Source: an uncultured Bacilli bacterium
Lineage (GTDB): Bacteria > Bacillota_I > Bacilli_A > RF39 > UBA660
Direction of reading: 5' to 3'
DNA length: 64,000 bases
Assembly (NCBI GenBank): GCA_944359625.1
Contig: CALVSW010000001.1
Coordinates: 29,192-93,191, forward strand
Below, one piece after another: positions 18,501 through 27,992 of the stretch (the first letter of the stretch is position 1; every line of letters begins with the position of its first letter). Position numbers and translations under genes: made by a program. Below the pieces are notes generated by a model, which saw only the letters and a list, made by a program, of their open reading frames with translations, did not search any database and was not told the DNA's origin.

Positions 18501-18954
18501 GACTTATAAAAAAGATTTATTTAAGATTGCTATGAGTTATCCAAATTGTTATGTAGCAGAAACAAGTTTTGGAGCAAACTTTATGCATACTATTAAATGT
18601 ATGAAAGAAGCTGAAGAACATAATGGACCTAGTATTATAATTTGTTATTGTCCATGCATTGAACAAGGTATAAAAGGTGGTATGTCTAATTCTATCAATC
18701 AAGAAAAAGAAGCCGTAACTTGTGGATATATTAATTTAATGCGTTATGTTCCTGAAGATAATAAATTATATTTAGATTCCAAAGAACCTGACTTTACTAA
18801 ATATCATGATTTTCTAATGCATGAAGTTAGATATAGTAGTTTAGTTATAAAAAATAAAGATATGGCAGAAGAATTATTAAATTCACAAATAGAATATGCT
18901 AAAAAACGTCATAAATATTATTTAGAAGAATCAAAAAAAGAAAATATTGAATAA
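15583..18954 (+). CDS. nifJ: Pyruvate:ferredoxin (flavodoxin) oxidoreductase
   Basis: More than 1100 aa. Two ferredoxin-type clusters CIQCGFCATVCPH and CTSCGLCINICPG. TPP-binding GGDGWAYDIGFGG. C-terminal CGETPY. Start taken at ATG 15583 behind RBS ggagaaagagg. Confidence 0.95.
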   Translation: MKKIVDGNTACSDIAYLFSEVASIYPITPSSPMASNFDKLKDKRKNLFNESVTLVEMQSEAGAAGTMHGALLSGSLATTFTASQGLLLMIPNMYKMAGEGLPGVIHVAARTVATNALSIFGDHSDIYAASKTGFAFLASTNVFDAQNLAAVAHLSAIKGSIPFLHFFDGFRTSHEINTIEELPELELLKLIDFDKVNEFKKKALNVGCGYQRGMAVNEDIFFQTQEARNKDYEVIPNIVNDYMQKINSIMNTSYKPFNYYGASDAKYVIVAMGSVCDTIKLVVDKLNKAGKKYGLIEVHLYKPFSAKYFLDVLPSTVENIAVLDRTKEPASIGEPLYLDCVAVLKDKNINIVGGRYGLSSKNTTPNDILAVYHMLETKLLNSFTISINDDVTNLSLKPIDYHFPVCDKEILIYGYGSDGMVSTSKDIMHLVGEKTDNYVQGYFQYDSKKSGGVTVSNLRIGESMINAPYYVTNPNLLVITKDSYIKNFPMFDNVVANSICLINTNKRGKELDELFPVHVKEIIEEKNIKVLLVDADKIAISSGIKGKISKIMEIIILKLISFPNALNLVIDSIKDKFKTKGDDIVNANINAVNEALTNVVEISGKFNLNKVDEEKPNNIISKINDRLGDKLSVSEVMEFKNGIYPSGLSKYEKRKTSLLVPKWNSDNCIQCGFCATVCPHAVIRPIITKDSAKGIPVLGKDGYWYEILVSEEDCTSCGLCINICPGKNGNKALSFGEATYENSSYVKKMFDEYQNPELYPKFTVKGASLLKPYFEFSGACAGCGETPYLKMLSQLFGEKLVISNATGCSSIYGGSAPSTPYLIPWVNSLFEDNAEAGYGIYLSYKMMHNRIKEIINQTKEAVNDNVKSLYNKWLDNENDFVVTKEVKEALEKEEIPKDLKNIINYVPARSVFIVGGDGWAYDIGFGGIDHVLSSGENINILVLDTEVYSNTGGQSSKSTRRGAVAEFANMGKKTYKKDLFKIAMSYPNCYVAETSFGANFMHTIKCMKEAEEHNGPSIIICYCPCIEQGIKGGMSNSINQEKEAVTCGYINLMRYVPEDNKLYLDSKEPDFTKYHDFLMHEVRYSSLVIKNKDMAEELLNSQIEYAKKRHKYYLEESKKENIE

Positions 18955-18955
18955 T

Positions 18956-18978
18956 AGATACCAAGTAGGTATCTTTTT
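18956..18978 (+). terminator. Rho-independent terminator after PFOR
   Basis: agatacc-aagt-aggtatct followed by a T-run. Confidence 0.7.
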
Positions 18979-19073
18979 ATATTTAAAAAGTATGTTAAAC
19001 ATCTTCTAATGATTTAACATTTACAACAAAATATCGATAAGTTATAATAAAAAATCAAGGAGATGAAATAAAA

Positions 19074-19601
19074 ATGCCTAATTTAGAAGAATTAATAAAA
19101 ATTAGAGAAGAAGCAATTAAAAAACATATTGATGCTAATGTTTTAGAAAAATTTTTATTTGATTGCACTAAAAAATACTATGATGATTTTATAGTTAAAA
19201 AACTTACATCTCAAGCTGAAGGAGATTTGAAAAATAGTGATATATCTGTTTGTGATTCTGGAATATTTATAACTACAGATAATCAAGAAAAGTCAAATTT
19301 ATTTTTTGATGAAATATTACGCATAGGTTTAAAAATTTTTTCTTATGGTAATATAGATGACGTTTCGACAAAAGATGATCCAATTGTTTATGTTAAATAT
19401 TTTAAAGGTTTTGAAAAATACAATTATTTTATAAGACTTGCATATTTAAAAAAATTTGCTGAGGATGATGGCTATAATTTTAAAATGAAATTTAGTCAAA
19501 CTTTGGATTCTTATGATGAATTATATGTTGAATTTGAAATTTCAAGTAAAATTCCTAGATTAGTTTTTTCTAAACAAAAAATTTTAATTAAAAAACCTTA
19601 A
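19074..19601 (+). CDS. Hypothetical protein
   Basis: 175-aa ORF with RBS aaggag upstream. No recognisable motifs. Confidence 0.5.
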   Translation: MPNLEELIKIREEAIKKHIDANVLEKFLFDCTKKYYDDFIVKKLTSQAEGDLKNSDISVCDSGIFITTDNQEKSNLFFDEILRIGLKIFSYGNIDDVSTKDDPIVYVKYFKGFEKYNYFIRLAYLKKFAEDDGYNFKMKFSQTLDSYDELYVEFEISSKIPRLVFSKQKILIKKP

Positions 19602-19659
19602 TATATAAAAAAATCCCATTTCTTAGATATAGAAATGAGATTTTTTTTATAATAGAAAT

Positions 19660-21072
19660 TTAAACTTCATGAATTTTTAAGAAGTTAGTATGACAATCTT
19701 TAGGGAATCCTCCGATAACAGCTACTAAATCACCATATCTTAAATTCATTAATTCACGAGCTGCTTTAACACCTTCATTAACGATATCATCAGTATCTTT
19801 ACCCATAGGTACAATCTTAGGATATACACCCCATTTTAGTGCTAAACTACGTGCTACTTTTTCATCTGTAACAGTAGCTACAATAATAGAGTTTGGTCTT
19901 AATGAAGAAACATCGATAGCAGTTTTACCAGTTAAAGTAGATACTACGATAGCTTTAATTGGTAAATCAATTGTAGCATCAACACAACATTTAGCAATAG
20001 TATTATGAATTTCTGTTCCTAATAATTTATAATCTTCTAAATGATATTTTGTTACTTTTTCTACATTTAAACAAATTTTAGTCATTGTACTAATAGTTTC
20101 AACTGGATATTTACCAATAGTAGTTTCATCACTGGTCATAATAGCATCACATCCAGCTATAACAGCATTAGCAACATCAGTAACTTCAGCATTAGTAGGT
20201 CTAATATTTGTTTTCATTGAATACATCATTTGAGTTGCCATAATTACACCTTTACCATTAGCATGGCACATATCAATCATTTTCTTTTGATATAATGGTA
20301 AATTTTCAACACCAGTTTCAATTCCTAAATCACCACGAGCAACCATAATATAATCAGAAGCTTCAACTATTTCTTCTAAATTATCAATTGCGTATTGTGT
20401 TTCAACTTTAGAAATAATTATCATATTTGGTTTACCAAACTTTTTACATAATTCTTTAACTTCATAAATATCTTCTTTAGTATTAACAAAAGATAATGCT
20501 AAATAATCACCATCATGTTCACAAGCATATTTAATATCTTCTTCATCTTGTTTTGATACATATGGTACATTAAGTTTAATACCTGGAATACATACACCAC
20601 GACGTGATTTAATAACACCAGAATTTTCAATACGACATGTAACACCATCAGATTCTACAGATATTACTATTAACTTGTAGAAACCATCATCAACTAATAT
20701 TACAGATCCAACTTTTAAATCCTTTAATATGCCTTTATAGTTAAAACAAATTGCATCCTTAGTACCTAAAAAATTTTCATCATTTGTTTCAATAATACGA
20801 ATTATATTGCCTTTTACTAATTCTATTTTATCATCTACAAATGCACAAGTTCTTAAATCTGGTCCCTTAGTATCATATAAAATAGCTATATTAGCATTTA
20901 ATTCTTCATTAGCTCTTTTAACTAATGCTTCATCAATAGCTCTTTCTTCTAATGTAGCATGAGAAAAGTTAATTCTAGCTACATTCATACCAGCTTCTAC
21001 AATACCTTTAAAGTTTTCCCAACTTTGAGTAGAAGGACCGATACTACAAATTATTTTTGTTTTCTTTAACAT
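19660..21072 (-). CDS. pyk: Pyruvate kinase
   Basis: MLKKTKIICSIGPS, NVARINFSHA, KIENSGV-like, MVARGDLGIE, MATQMMYSM. Start taken at the internal Met (21072), which matches canonical PK N-termini. Confidence 0.93.
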   Translation of the reverse strand: MLKKTKIICSIGPSTQSWENFKGIVEAGMNVARINFSHATLEERAIDEALVKRANEELNANIAILYDTKGPDLRTCAFVDDKIELVKGNIIRIIETNDENFLGTKDAICFNYKGILKDLKVGSVILVDDGFYKLIVISVESDGVTCRIENSGVIKSRRGVCIPGIKLNVPYVSKQDEEDIKYACEHDGDYLALSFVNTKEDIYEVKELCKKFGKPNMIIISKVETQYAIDNLEEIVEASDYIMVARGDLGIETGVENLPLYQKKMIDMCHANGKGVIMATQMMYSMKTNIRPTNAEVTDVANAVIAGCDAIMTSDETTIGKYPVETISTMTKICLNVEKVTKYHLEDYKLLGTEIHNTIAKCCVDATIDLPIKAIVVSTLTGKTAIDVSSLRPNSIIVATVTDEKVARSLALKWGVYPKIVPMGKDTDDIVNEGVKAARELMNLRYGDLVAVIGGFPKDCHTNFLKIHEV

Positions 21073-21202
21073 ATACTTCACCCTTCCGAAACGATTTAAT
21101 ATTAGCATAAAATTGCTAAAAAGTAAATATCGAATGTGTATGATAACTTGCATAAAACTTATAAAAGTGATAATATAACCTAAATTTTAAAGGGGGATTA
21201 TT

Positions 21203-24019
21203 ATGCATAAAGATTACTCTAAAATAGGTTTATATCCTCATAATATTAATGGATATGAAAAAGTTACTGAAGGTTATAAAAATAACTCAATTGTCTCAGT
21301 TATTCGTGCTACTGGCACTGGTAAAACATATATTGGTTTACAATTAGCCCTAGATAATAATGATAAAAAAGCAATGTATTTTGTACCTAGTTATGCTATT
21401 ATTGAACATATTACAAGCACAATAAATGATAATCCTAACTTAGATTTAAAAAAAGATTTTCCAAATCTTGATTTAAGAGTTTATCAAAGCTTAGTAAATA
21501 TGTCTTATGAAGAGATTAAAAACTTAGATGTTGATATTTTAATTCTTGATGAGTTTCATCATCTTGGGGCACCAGTATGGGGTGCAAGAATTAAAACATT
21601 AATTGAAACTCATCCTAATATTAAAATATTTGGGATGACTGCTTATACAGTAAGAGATCGAAATACTCCTTATGAAAGAGATATGATAAATCCATATACT
21701 AATGAATTATTTTCTAACACTGATGTTAGTCATTATGATATTTGTGATGGGATGATTAATCGTGTATTACCATTACTAATATATCGTAGTGCTTGGCTTG
21801 TAAATGAGTTATATCAAAAGATTGAAGAAGAAGCAAAAGACCTTGATCCTACACTTTCTGAAGATAAAAAATTATTAGAGTTAATAAAAAATGCAAAAAG
21901 ACTAATTCAAAAAGCGCCAAGTATTATAGATGTTATAAAACAAAATATAATTCCAGATGGAAAGTACATTTATTTTTGTCCACCAAAATCTAAAGATGGT
22001 AAAAATGATATCGATACGATAATGCAAGAAGCCAAAGAATGGTTTTTAGCTATGGGTTTAAAAGAAGAAGATATAATATTTTATAAAACAACTAGTAAAA
22101 TGCGTAAGTTAGGAAAGCAAAATCGTGATGCATTTTATTATGATGTTGACTTAGAAGGTAATTCAGTATCAAATAAATTAAGAGTTATGTTTGCTATAAA
22201 TCAATATAACGAAGGAGTACATGCCCCCAATGTTAATGGAGTAATCATGGGAAGATATACATCTTCAGATATCGTCTATTTTGAAGAATTAGGAAGAGCA
22301 TTATCGGTTAAAGGAGATACTTTAAAAAAATATGAAGAATATCAAAAATATTCCTTAGAAGAATTATTAGACTTATGTAAGCAACGAAAAATATACGTTG
22401 AAGATAATATAACAAAAGAAAAAATAATAAATAAATTATTATCGCCAGTAGTAATTGATTTAGTTAATAATATTGGATTTATAAAAGAGTTAGAAAATAA
22501 CCTAAAGGATAGAATTAAAGAAATATCTAAAAAAACTGGTAATCATCGTGATAATACGTTAACATTAAAAGAAACATATTTTGATATTGTCATACAAAAC
22601 GAAGATTTATTTACAGTATTAAATGATTTATCTCAAAGATTAGCAAATTCCTGGGATAAAATGTATGTATATGCCAAAATATATTATGAATATCATCATA
22701 ATTTAGAAGTGCCTTATAAGTTTAAAACTAACAATGGATATGAAGAAGATGAAAATGGTAAAGTGAATTTAGGAACTTGGATAAATCATCAAAGGCAAAA
22801 CATTGCTCCATCAAGTGAACGAGGTCAAAAATTATTGGCAATTGGTATGCGTTTTGAAAATAAATTTTTAACTTGGGACGAAATGTATGAATATGCTAAA
22901 ATATATTTCGAACATCATGGTAATTTAGAAGTACCTCAAAAATTTAAAACGAATAATGGTTATGAATATGATGTGAATGGTAAAATAAATCTAGGTCAAT
23001 GGATAGATACTCAAAGATATAAAGTTGTTCCAACAAGTGAACGAGTTCAAAAATTGTTAGCAATTGGCATGCGTTTTGAAAATAAATTTTTAACTTGGGA
23101 TGAAAAGTATGAATATGCAAAAAAATATTATGAATACCATGGTAATTTAGAAGTACCTCAAAAATTTAAAACAAATAATGGTTATGAATATGATGCAAAT
23201 GGTAAAGTGAATTTAGGTACTTGGATAGCAAACCAGAGGCAAAACATTGCCCCATCAAGTGAACGAGGCCAAAAATTATTAGCAATAGGTATGCGTTTTG
23301 AAAATATAAGAAGTACATTAACATGGGATGAAATGTATGAATTAGCCAAAAAATATTATGAGAAACATGGTAATTTAGAAGTACCTTATAGTTTTAAAAC
23401 GAATAATGGGTACGACTATAATGCTTTCGGTAAAGTGAATTTAGGTACTTGGATAGTTAGTCAAAGATTTAAGGTAGATCCAACAAGTGAACATGGTCAA
23501 AAATTATTAGCAATAGGTATGCGTTTTAAAAATAAATTTTTAACGTGGGACGAAATGTATGAATTAGCCAAAAAATATTATGAGAAACATGCTAATTTAG
23601 AAGTTCCTCGTAGCTTTAAAACCAATAATGGCTATGAGTATGATGTGAATGGTAAAGTGAATTTAGGAAAGTGGATAGTTCGTCAAAGATACAATATAGA
23701 ACCAACCAGTGAACGAGGCCAAATGTTGATTAAAATTGGTATGATATTTAGTGCAAAGAAAAATAAGGAAGATATAAAAATATTTTGTTTAGAAAACAAT
23801 ATCGATTTAGATAAAAATAGAATTACTTTAAATCATATATCTATCCAAGAACTTATTGCTAAAACTAGATATTTAAAAGAACAAAATATAGATATAGTAG
23901 ATGCAAATGGTTTATTACATGAAATATATAGTATGAGCAGTGTTAATATGCAAGTTAAATATAATATAAGTTTAGAAGAATTAATAGATAAATACTTTTT
24001 AACTTATAGTAGAAAGTAA
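21203..24019 (+). CDS. SF2 (DExH, ResIII-like) helicase fused to 5 tandem helicase-associated (HA) domain repeats
   Basis: Walker A RATGTGKTY, DEFHH box (ILILDEFHHLGAP), MTAYTVRD, C-terminal lobe NQYNEGVHAPNVNGVIM...EELGRAL. Then 5 copies of WDEMYEYAK.YYE.HGNLEVP..FKTNNGYEYD.NGK.NLG.WI..QR. Confidence 0.85.
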   Translation: MHKDYSKIGLYPHNINGYEKVTEGYKNNSIVSVIRATGTGKTYIGLQLALDNNDKKAMYFVPSYAIIEHITSTINDNPNLDLKKDFPNLDLRVYQSLVNMSYEEIKNLDVDILILDEFHHLGAPVWGARIKTLIETHPNIKIFGMTAYTVRDRNTPYERDMINPYTNELFSNTDVSHYDICDGMINRVLPLLIYRSAWLVNELYQKIEEEAKDLDPTLSEDKKLLELIKNAKRLIQKAPSIIDVIKQNIIPDGKYIYFCPPKSKDGKNDIDTIMQEAKEWFLAMGLKEEDIIFYKTTSKMRKLGKQNRDAFYYDVDLEGNSVSNKLRVMFAINQYNEGVHAPNVNGVIMGRYTSSDIVYFEELGRALSVKGDTLKKYEEYQKYSLEELLDLCKQRKIYVEDNITKEKIINKLLSPVVIDLVNNIGFIKELENNLKDRIKEISKKTGNHRDNTLTLKETYFDIVIQNEDLFTVLNDLSQRLANSWDKMYVYAKIYYEYHHNLEVPYKFKTNNGYEEDENGKVNLGTWINHQRQNIAPSSERGQKLLAIGMRFENKFLTWDEMYEYAKIYFEHHGNLEVPQKFKTNNGYEYDVNGKINLGQWIDTQRYKVVPTSERVQKLLAIGMRFENKFLTWDEKYEYAKKYYEYHGNLEVPQKFKTNNGYEYDANGKVNLGTWIANQRQNIAPSSERGQKLLAIGMRFENIRSTLTWDEMYELAKKYYEKHGNLEVPYSFKTNNGYDYNAFGKVNLGTWIVSQRFKVDPTSEHGQKLLAIGMRFKNKFLTWDEMYELAKKYYEKHANLEVPRSFKTNNGYEYDVNGKVNLGKWIVRQRYNIEPTSERGQMLIKIGMIFSAKKNKEDIKIFCLENNIDLDKNRITLNHISIQELIAKTRYLKEQNIDIVDANGLLHEIYSMSSVNMQVKYNISLEELIDKYFLTYSRK
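22652..23750 (+). repeat. In-frame tandem coding repeat, 5 HA-domain units
   Basis: TGG (Trp) unit starts at 22652, 22874, 23096, 23324 and 23546, giving a period of 222/228 nt. Confidence 0.9.
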
Positions 24020-24082
24020 GCATATATATCTTAACTTCTATTAAGATATATAATATTTATAATTATAAAAAAGGAGGTTATT

Positions 24083-24319
24083 ATGGAAAGAAAAGTTGGA
24101 CGTGTTATTGAAGTATTTATACCCGAAGAAGATAATCTAAATGATATGAATATAGGTTTTAAAGTGTTAGTTGATGATGACGTAATAGAAATTATTGAAG
24201 AACAAAACGAATCTAATATTAATATTTTAAAGGATGACTTAGTAATGATTACAAAACAAGTAATATCTAATAAAGAATTTATTGATATAGAATTATATGA
24301 TGGTGATTTATATGAATAA
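24083..24319 (+). CDS. Small acidic hypothetical protein, translationally coupled to the second helicase
   Basis: RBS aaggagg upstream. 78 aa. Its stop (24317-24319) overlaps the ATG at 24312 of the next gene (tATGAATAA). Confidence 0.55.
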   Translation: MERKVGRVIEVFIPEEDNLNDMNIGFKVLVDDDVIEIIEEQNESNINILKDDLVMITKQVISNKEFIDIELYDGDLYE

Positions 24320-27300
24320 AGATTACTCTAAGATTGGCTTATACCCACATAATATTAATGGATATGAAAAAGTTATTGAAGGTTATAAAAATAACTCTGT
24401 TGTTTCAGTTATTCGTGCCACTGGCACTGGTAAAACTTATATTGGTTTACAATTAGCCCTAGATAATAATGATAAAAAAACAATGTATTTTGTACCTAGT
24501 TATGCGATTATTGAGCATATTACAAGTACAATAAATGATAATCCTAACTTAGATTTAACAAGAGATTTTCCTAATTTAGATTTAAGAGTTTATCAAAGCT
24601 TAGTAAATATGTCTTATGAAGAGATTAAAAACTTAGATGTTGATATTTTAATTCTTGATGAGTTTCATCATCTTGGGGCACCAGTATGGGGTGCAAGAAT
24701 TAAAACATTAATTGAAACTCATCCTAATATTAAAATATTTGGGATGACTGCTTATACAGTAAGAGATCGAAATACTCCTTATGAAAGAGATATGATAAAT
24801 CCATATACTAATGAATTATTTTCTAACACTGATGTTAGTCATTATGATATTTGTGATGGGATGATTAATCGTGTATTACCATTACTAATATATCGTAGTG
24901 CTTGGCTTGTAAATGAGTTATATCAAAAGATTGAAGAAGAAGCAAAAGACCTTGATCCTACACTTTCTGAAGATAAAAAATTATTAGAGTTAATAAAAAA
25001 TGCAAAAAGACTAATTCAAAAAGCGCCAAGTATTATAGATGTTATAAAACAAAATATAATTCCAGATGGAAAGTACATTTATTTTTGTCCACCAAAATCT
25101 AAAGATGGTAAAAATGATATCGATACGATAATGCAAGAAGCCAAAGAATGGTTTTTAGCTATGGGTTTAAAAGAAGAAGATATAATATTTTATAAAACAA
25201 CTAGTAAAATGCGTAAGTTAGGAAAGCAAAATCGTGATGCATTTTATTATGATGTTGACTTAGAAGGTAATTCAGTATCAAATAAATTAAGAGTTATGTT
25301 TGCTATAAATCAATATAACGAAGGAGTACATGCCCCCAATGTTAATGGAGTAATCATGGGAAGATATACATCTTCAGATATCGTCTATTTTGAAGAATTA
25401 GGAAGAGCATTATCGGTTAAAGGAGATACTTTAAAAAAATATGAAGAATATCAAAAATATTCCTTAGAAGAATTATTAGACTTATGTAAGCAACGAAAAA
25501 TATACGTTGAAGATAATATAACAAAAGAAAAAATAATAAATAAATTATTATCGCCAGTAGTAATTGATTTAGTTAATAATATTGGATTTATAAAAGAGTT
25601 AGAAAATAACCTAAAGGATAGAATTAAAGAAATATCTAAAAAAACTGGTAATCATCGTGATAATACGTTAACATTAAAAGAAACATATTTTGATATTGTC
25701 ATACAAAACGAAGATTTATTTACAGTATTAAATGATTTATCTCAAAGATTAGCAAATTCCTGGGATAAAATGTATGAGTATGCTAAGCAATATTATGAAC
25801 ATTATGGTAACTTAGAAGTTCCTCAATGGTTTAAAACAAATAATGGTTATGACTATGATGAGAATGGTAAAATAAATTTAGGTGCATGGATAGCTTGTCA
25901 AAGATTAAGAATTTCCCCAACCAGTGAACGTGGTCAAAAATTATTAGCCATAGGTATGCGTTTTGAAAATAAATTTTTAACTTGGGACGAAATGTATGAA
26001 TATGCCAAGATATATTATGAACATCATGGTAATTTAGAAGTTCCTTATAAATTTAAAACCAATAATGGATATGAATATGATGAGAATGGCAAAATAAATT
26101 TAGGTCAATGGATAAATCGTCAAAGGCAAAAAATTGATCCAACAAGTGAACGAGGCCAAAAATTATTAGCAATTGGCATGCGTTTCGAAAATAAAATTTG
26201 TACATTAACGTGGGACGAAATGTATGAGTATGCCAAGATATATTATGAGAAACATGGTAATTTAGAAGTTCCTCAATGGTTTAAAACGAATAATGGTTAC
26301 GAATATGACGAGAATGGTAAAATAAATTTAGGTCTATGGATAGTACGTCAAAGACATAATGTTGATCCAACAAGTGAACGAGGCCAAAAATTATTAGCCA
26401 TAGGTATGCGCTTTGAAAATAAATTTTTAACGTGGGACGAAATGTATGAATTAGCCAAAAAATATTATGAGAAACATGGGAATTTAGAAGTTCCTCATAG
26501 CTTTAAAACAAACAATGGTTATGAATATAGTGAACATGGTAAAATCAATTTAGGCCCGTGGGTAGATCGTCAAAGGCAAAGAGTTGACCCAACAAGTGAA
26601 CATGGTCAAAAATTATTAGCCATAGGTATGCGTTTCGAAAATAAAATTTGTACATTAACGTGGGACGAAATGTATGAATTAGCCAAAAAATATTATGAGA
26701 AACATGGTAATTTAGAAGTTTCTCAAAAATTTAAAACCAATAATGGATATGAATATGATGAGAATGGCAAAGTAAATTTAGGTCAATGGATAAATCGTCA
26801 AAGGCAAAGAGTTGACCCAACAAGTGAACATGGTCAAAAATTATTAGCAATTGGCATGCGTTTTGAAAATAAATTTTTAACGTGGGACGAAATGTATGAA
26901 TTAGCCAAAAAATATTATGAGAAACATGGGAATTTAGAAGTTCCTCATAGCTTTAAAACAAACAATGGTTATGAATATAGTGAACATGGTAAAATCAATT
27001 TAGGATTTTGGATAGCAACCCAAAGACAAAGTGTTGCCCCAACAAGTGAACGCGGTCAAAAATTATTAGCAATTGGCATGCGTTTCGAAAATAAAATTTG
27101 TACATTAACGTGGGACGAAATGTATGAATTGGCCAAGTTATATTATGAACATCATGGTAATTTAAAAGTTCCCTCTAGCTTTAAAACTAATAATGGCTAT
27201 GAATATGATGAAAATGGTAAAATAAATTTAGGAAAGTGGATAGTAAAGCAAAGAGAAAAAGTTATTCCAACAAGTGAACGAGGCCAAATGTTGATTAAAA

Positions 27301-27584
27301 TTGGTATGGTATTTAGTGTAAGAAAAAATAAAGAAGATGTTAAAATATTTTGTTTAGAAAATAATATTGATTTAGAGAAGAACAAAATTACTTTAAACCA
27401 TATATCTATTCAAGAACTTGTTGCTAAAACTAGGTATTTAAAAGAACAAAATATAGATATAGTAGATGCAAATGGTTTACTACATGAAATATATAGTATG
27501 AGTAATGTTAATATGCAAGTTAAATATAATATAAGTTTAGAAGTATTAATAGATAAATACTATTTAACTTATAGTAGAAAGTAA
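24312..27584 (+). CDS. Paralogous SF2 (DExH) helicase fused to 7 tandem HA-domain repeats
   Basis: MNKDYSKIGLYPHN... parallels copy 1 (MHKDYSKIGLYPHN). Same helicase motifs. 7 copies of the WDEMYE.AK.YYE.HGNLEVP... unit. Start taken at ATG 24312; the ORF track starts at 24297. Confidence 0.85.
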   Translation: MNKDYSKIGLYPHNINGYEKVIEGYKNNSVVSVIRATGTGKTYIGLQLALDNNDKKTMYFVPSYAIIEHITSTINDNPNLDLTRDFPNLDLRVYQSLVNMSYEEIKNLDVDILILDEFHHLGAPVWGARIKTLIETHPNIKIFGMTAYTVRDRNTPYERDMINPYTNELFSNTDVSHYDICDGMINRVLPLLIYRSAWLVNELYQKIEEEAKDLDPTLSEDKKLLELIKNAKRLIQKAPSIIDVIKQNIIPDGKYIYFCPPKSKDGKNDIDTIMQEAKEWFLAMGLKEEDIIFYKTTSKMRKLGKQNRDAFYYDVDLEGNSVSNKLRVMFAINQYNEGVHAPNVNGVIMGRYTSSDIVYFEELGRALSVKGDTLKKYEEYQKYSLEELLDLCKQRKIYVEDNITKEKIINKLLSPVVIDLVNNIGFIKELENNLKDRIKEISKKTGNHRDNTLTLKETYFDIVIQNEDLFTVLNDLSQRLANSWDKMYEYAKQYYEHYGNLEVPQWFKTNNGYDYDENGKINLGAWIACQRLRISPTSERGQKLLAIGMRFENKFLTWDEMYEYAKIYYEHHGNLEVPYKFKTNNGYEYDENGKINLGQWINRQRQKIDPTSERGQKLLAIGMRFENKICTLTWDEMYEYAKIYYEKHGNLEVPQWFKTNNGYEYDENGKINLGLWIVRQRHNVDPTSERGQKLLAIGMRFENKFLTWDEMYELAKKYYEKHGNLEVPHSFKTNNGYEYSEHGKINLGPWVDRQRQRVDPTSEHGQKLLAIGMRFENKICTLTWDEMYELAKKYYEKHGNLEVSQKFKTNNGYEYDENGKVNLGQWINRQRQRVDPTSEHGQKLLAIGMRFENKFLTWDEMYELAKKYYEKHGNLEVPHSFKTNNGYEYSEHGKINLGFWIATQRQSVAPTSERGQKLLAIGMRFENKICTLTWDEMYELAKLYYEHHGNLKVPSSFKTNNGYEYDENGKINLGKWIVKQREKVIPTSERGQMLIKIGMVFSVRKNKEDVKIFCLENNIDLEKNKITLNHISIQELVAKTRYLKEQNIDIVDANGLLHEIYSMSNVNMQVKYNISLEVLIDKYYLTYSRK
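25761..27315 (+). repeat. In-frame tandem coding repeat, 7 HA-domain units
   Basis: Seven WD(K/E)MYE... units counted in the translation. Some units carry the ENKICTLT linker variant and others ENKFLT. Confidence 0.9.
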
Positions 27585-27592
27585 GTGATTAT

Positions 27593-27883
27593 ATGTTTTT
27601 AAATAAATATATAAACAAATTTTATTTAAATTTAATATATGATAATTATGAAGAAGATTTTATTAATTCTTTAGATGAAGAAAATTTTATAAAAATAAGT
27701 AATTTATTTAAAAATAATAATTTTTATTTTATAAATGATATATATCTTAATTATTTAGAGATATTTAACTTAGATTATGAAGAAGTTTTTAATAAATTAG
27801 AAATATTAAAAAATAAATTAGGAAATAACTATAATTATATTATAGGCAATGATATGAGATATTTAGAATTTTTGATGAATTAA
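27593..27883 (+). CDS. Small hypothetical protein (Asn/Tyr/Glu-rich)
   Basis: 96-aa ORF starting 8 nt after the helicase-2 stop. No motif recognised. Confidence 0.45.
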   Translation: MFLNKYINKFYLNLIYDNYEEDFINSLDEENFIKISNLFKNNNFYFINDIYLNYLEIFNLDYEEVFNKLEILKNKLGNNYNYIIGNDMRYLEFLMN

Positions 27884-27992
27884 ATAATAAAATAATATGT
27901 CTCATATAATATTTTATAAAGGGATGCAAATAAATTTGCATTTTTCTTAATTTTGTGGTAGTGTATCATGCACAAAGAGGGGGTATTTATTT

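Noticed and set aside
22652-27315. Regular repeats of about 222 nt, considered as a possible CRISPR array or non-coding satellite
   Set aside because: The repeats are in-frame and translate into a conserved protein domain (HA). They are contiguous with no spacers and far longer than CRISPR repeats.
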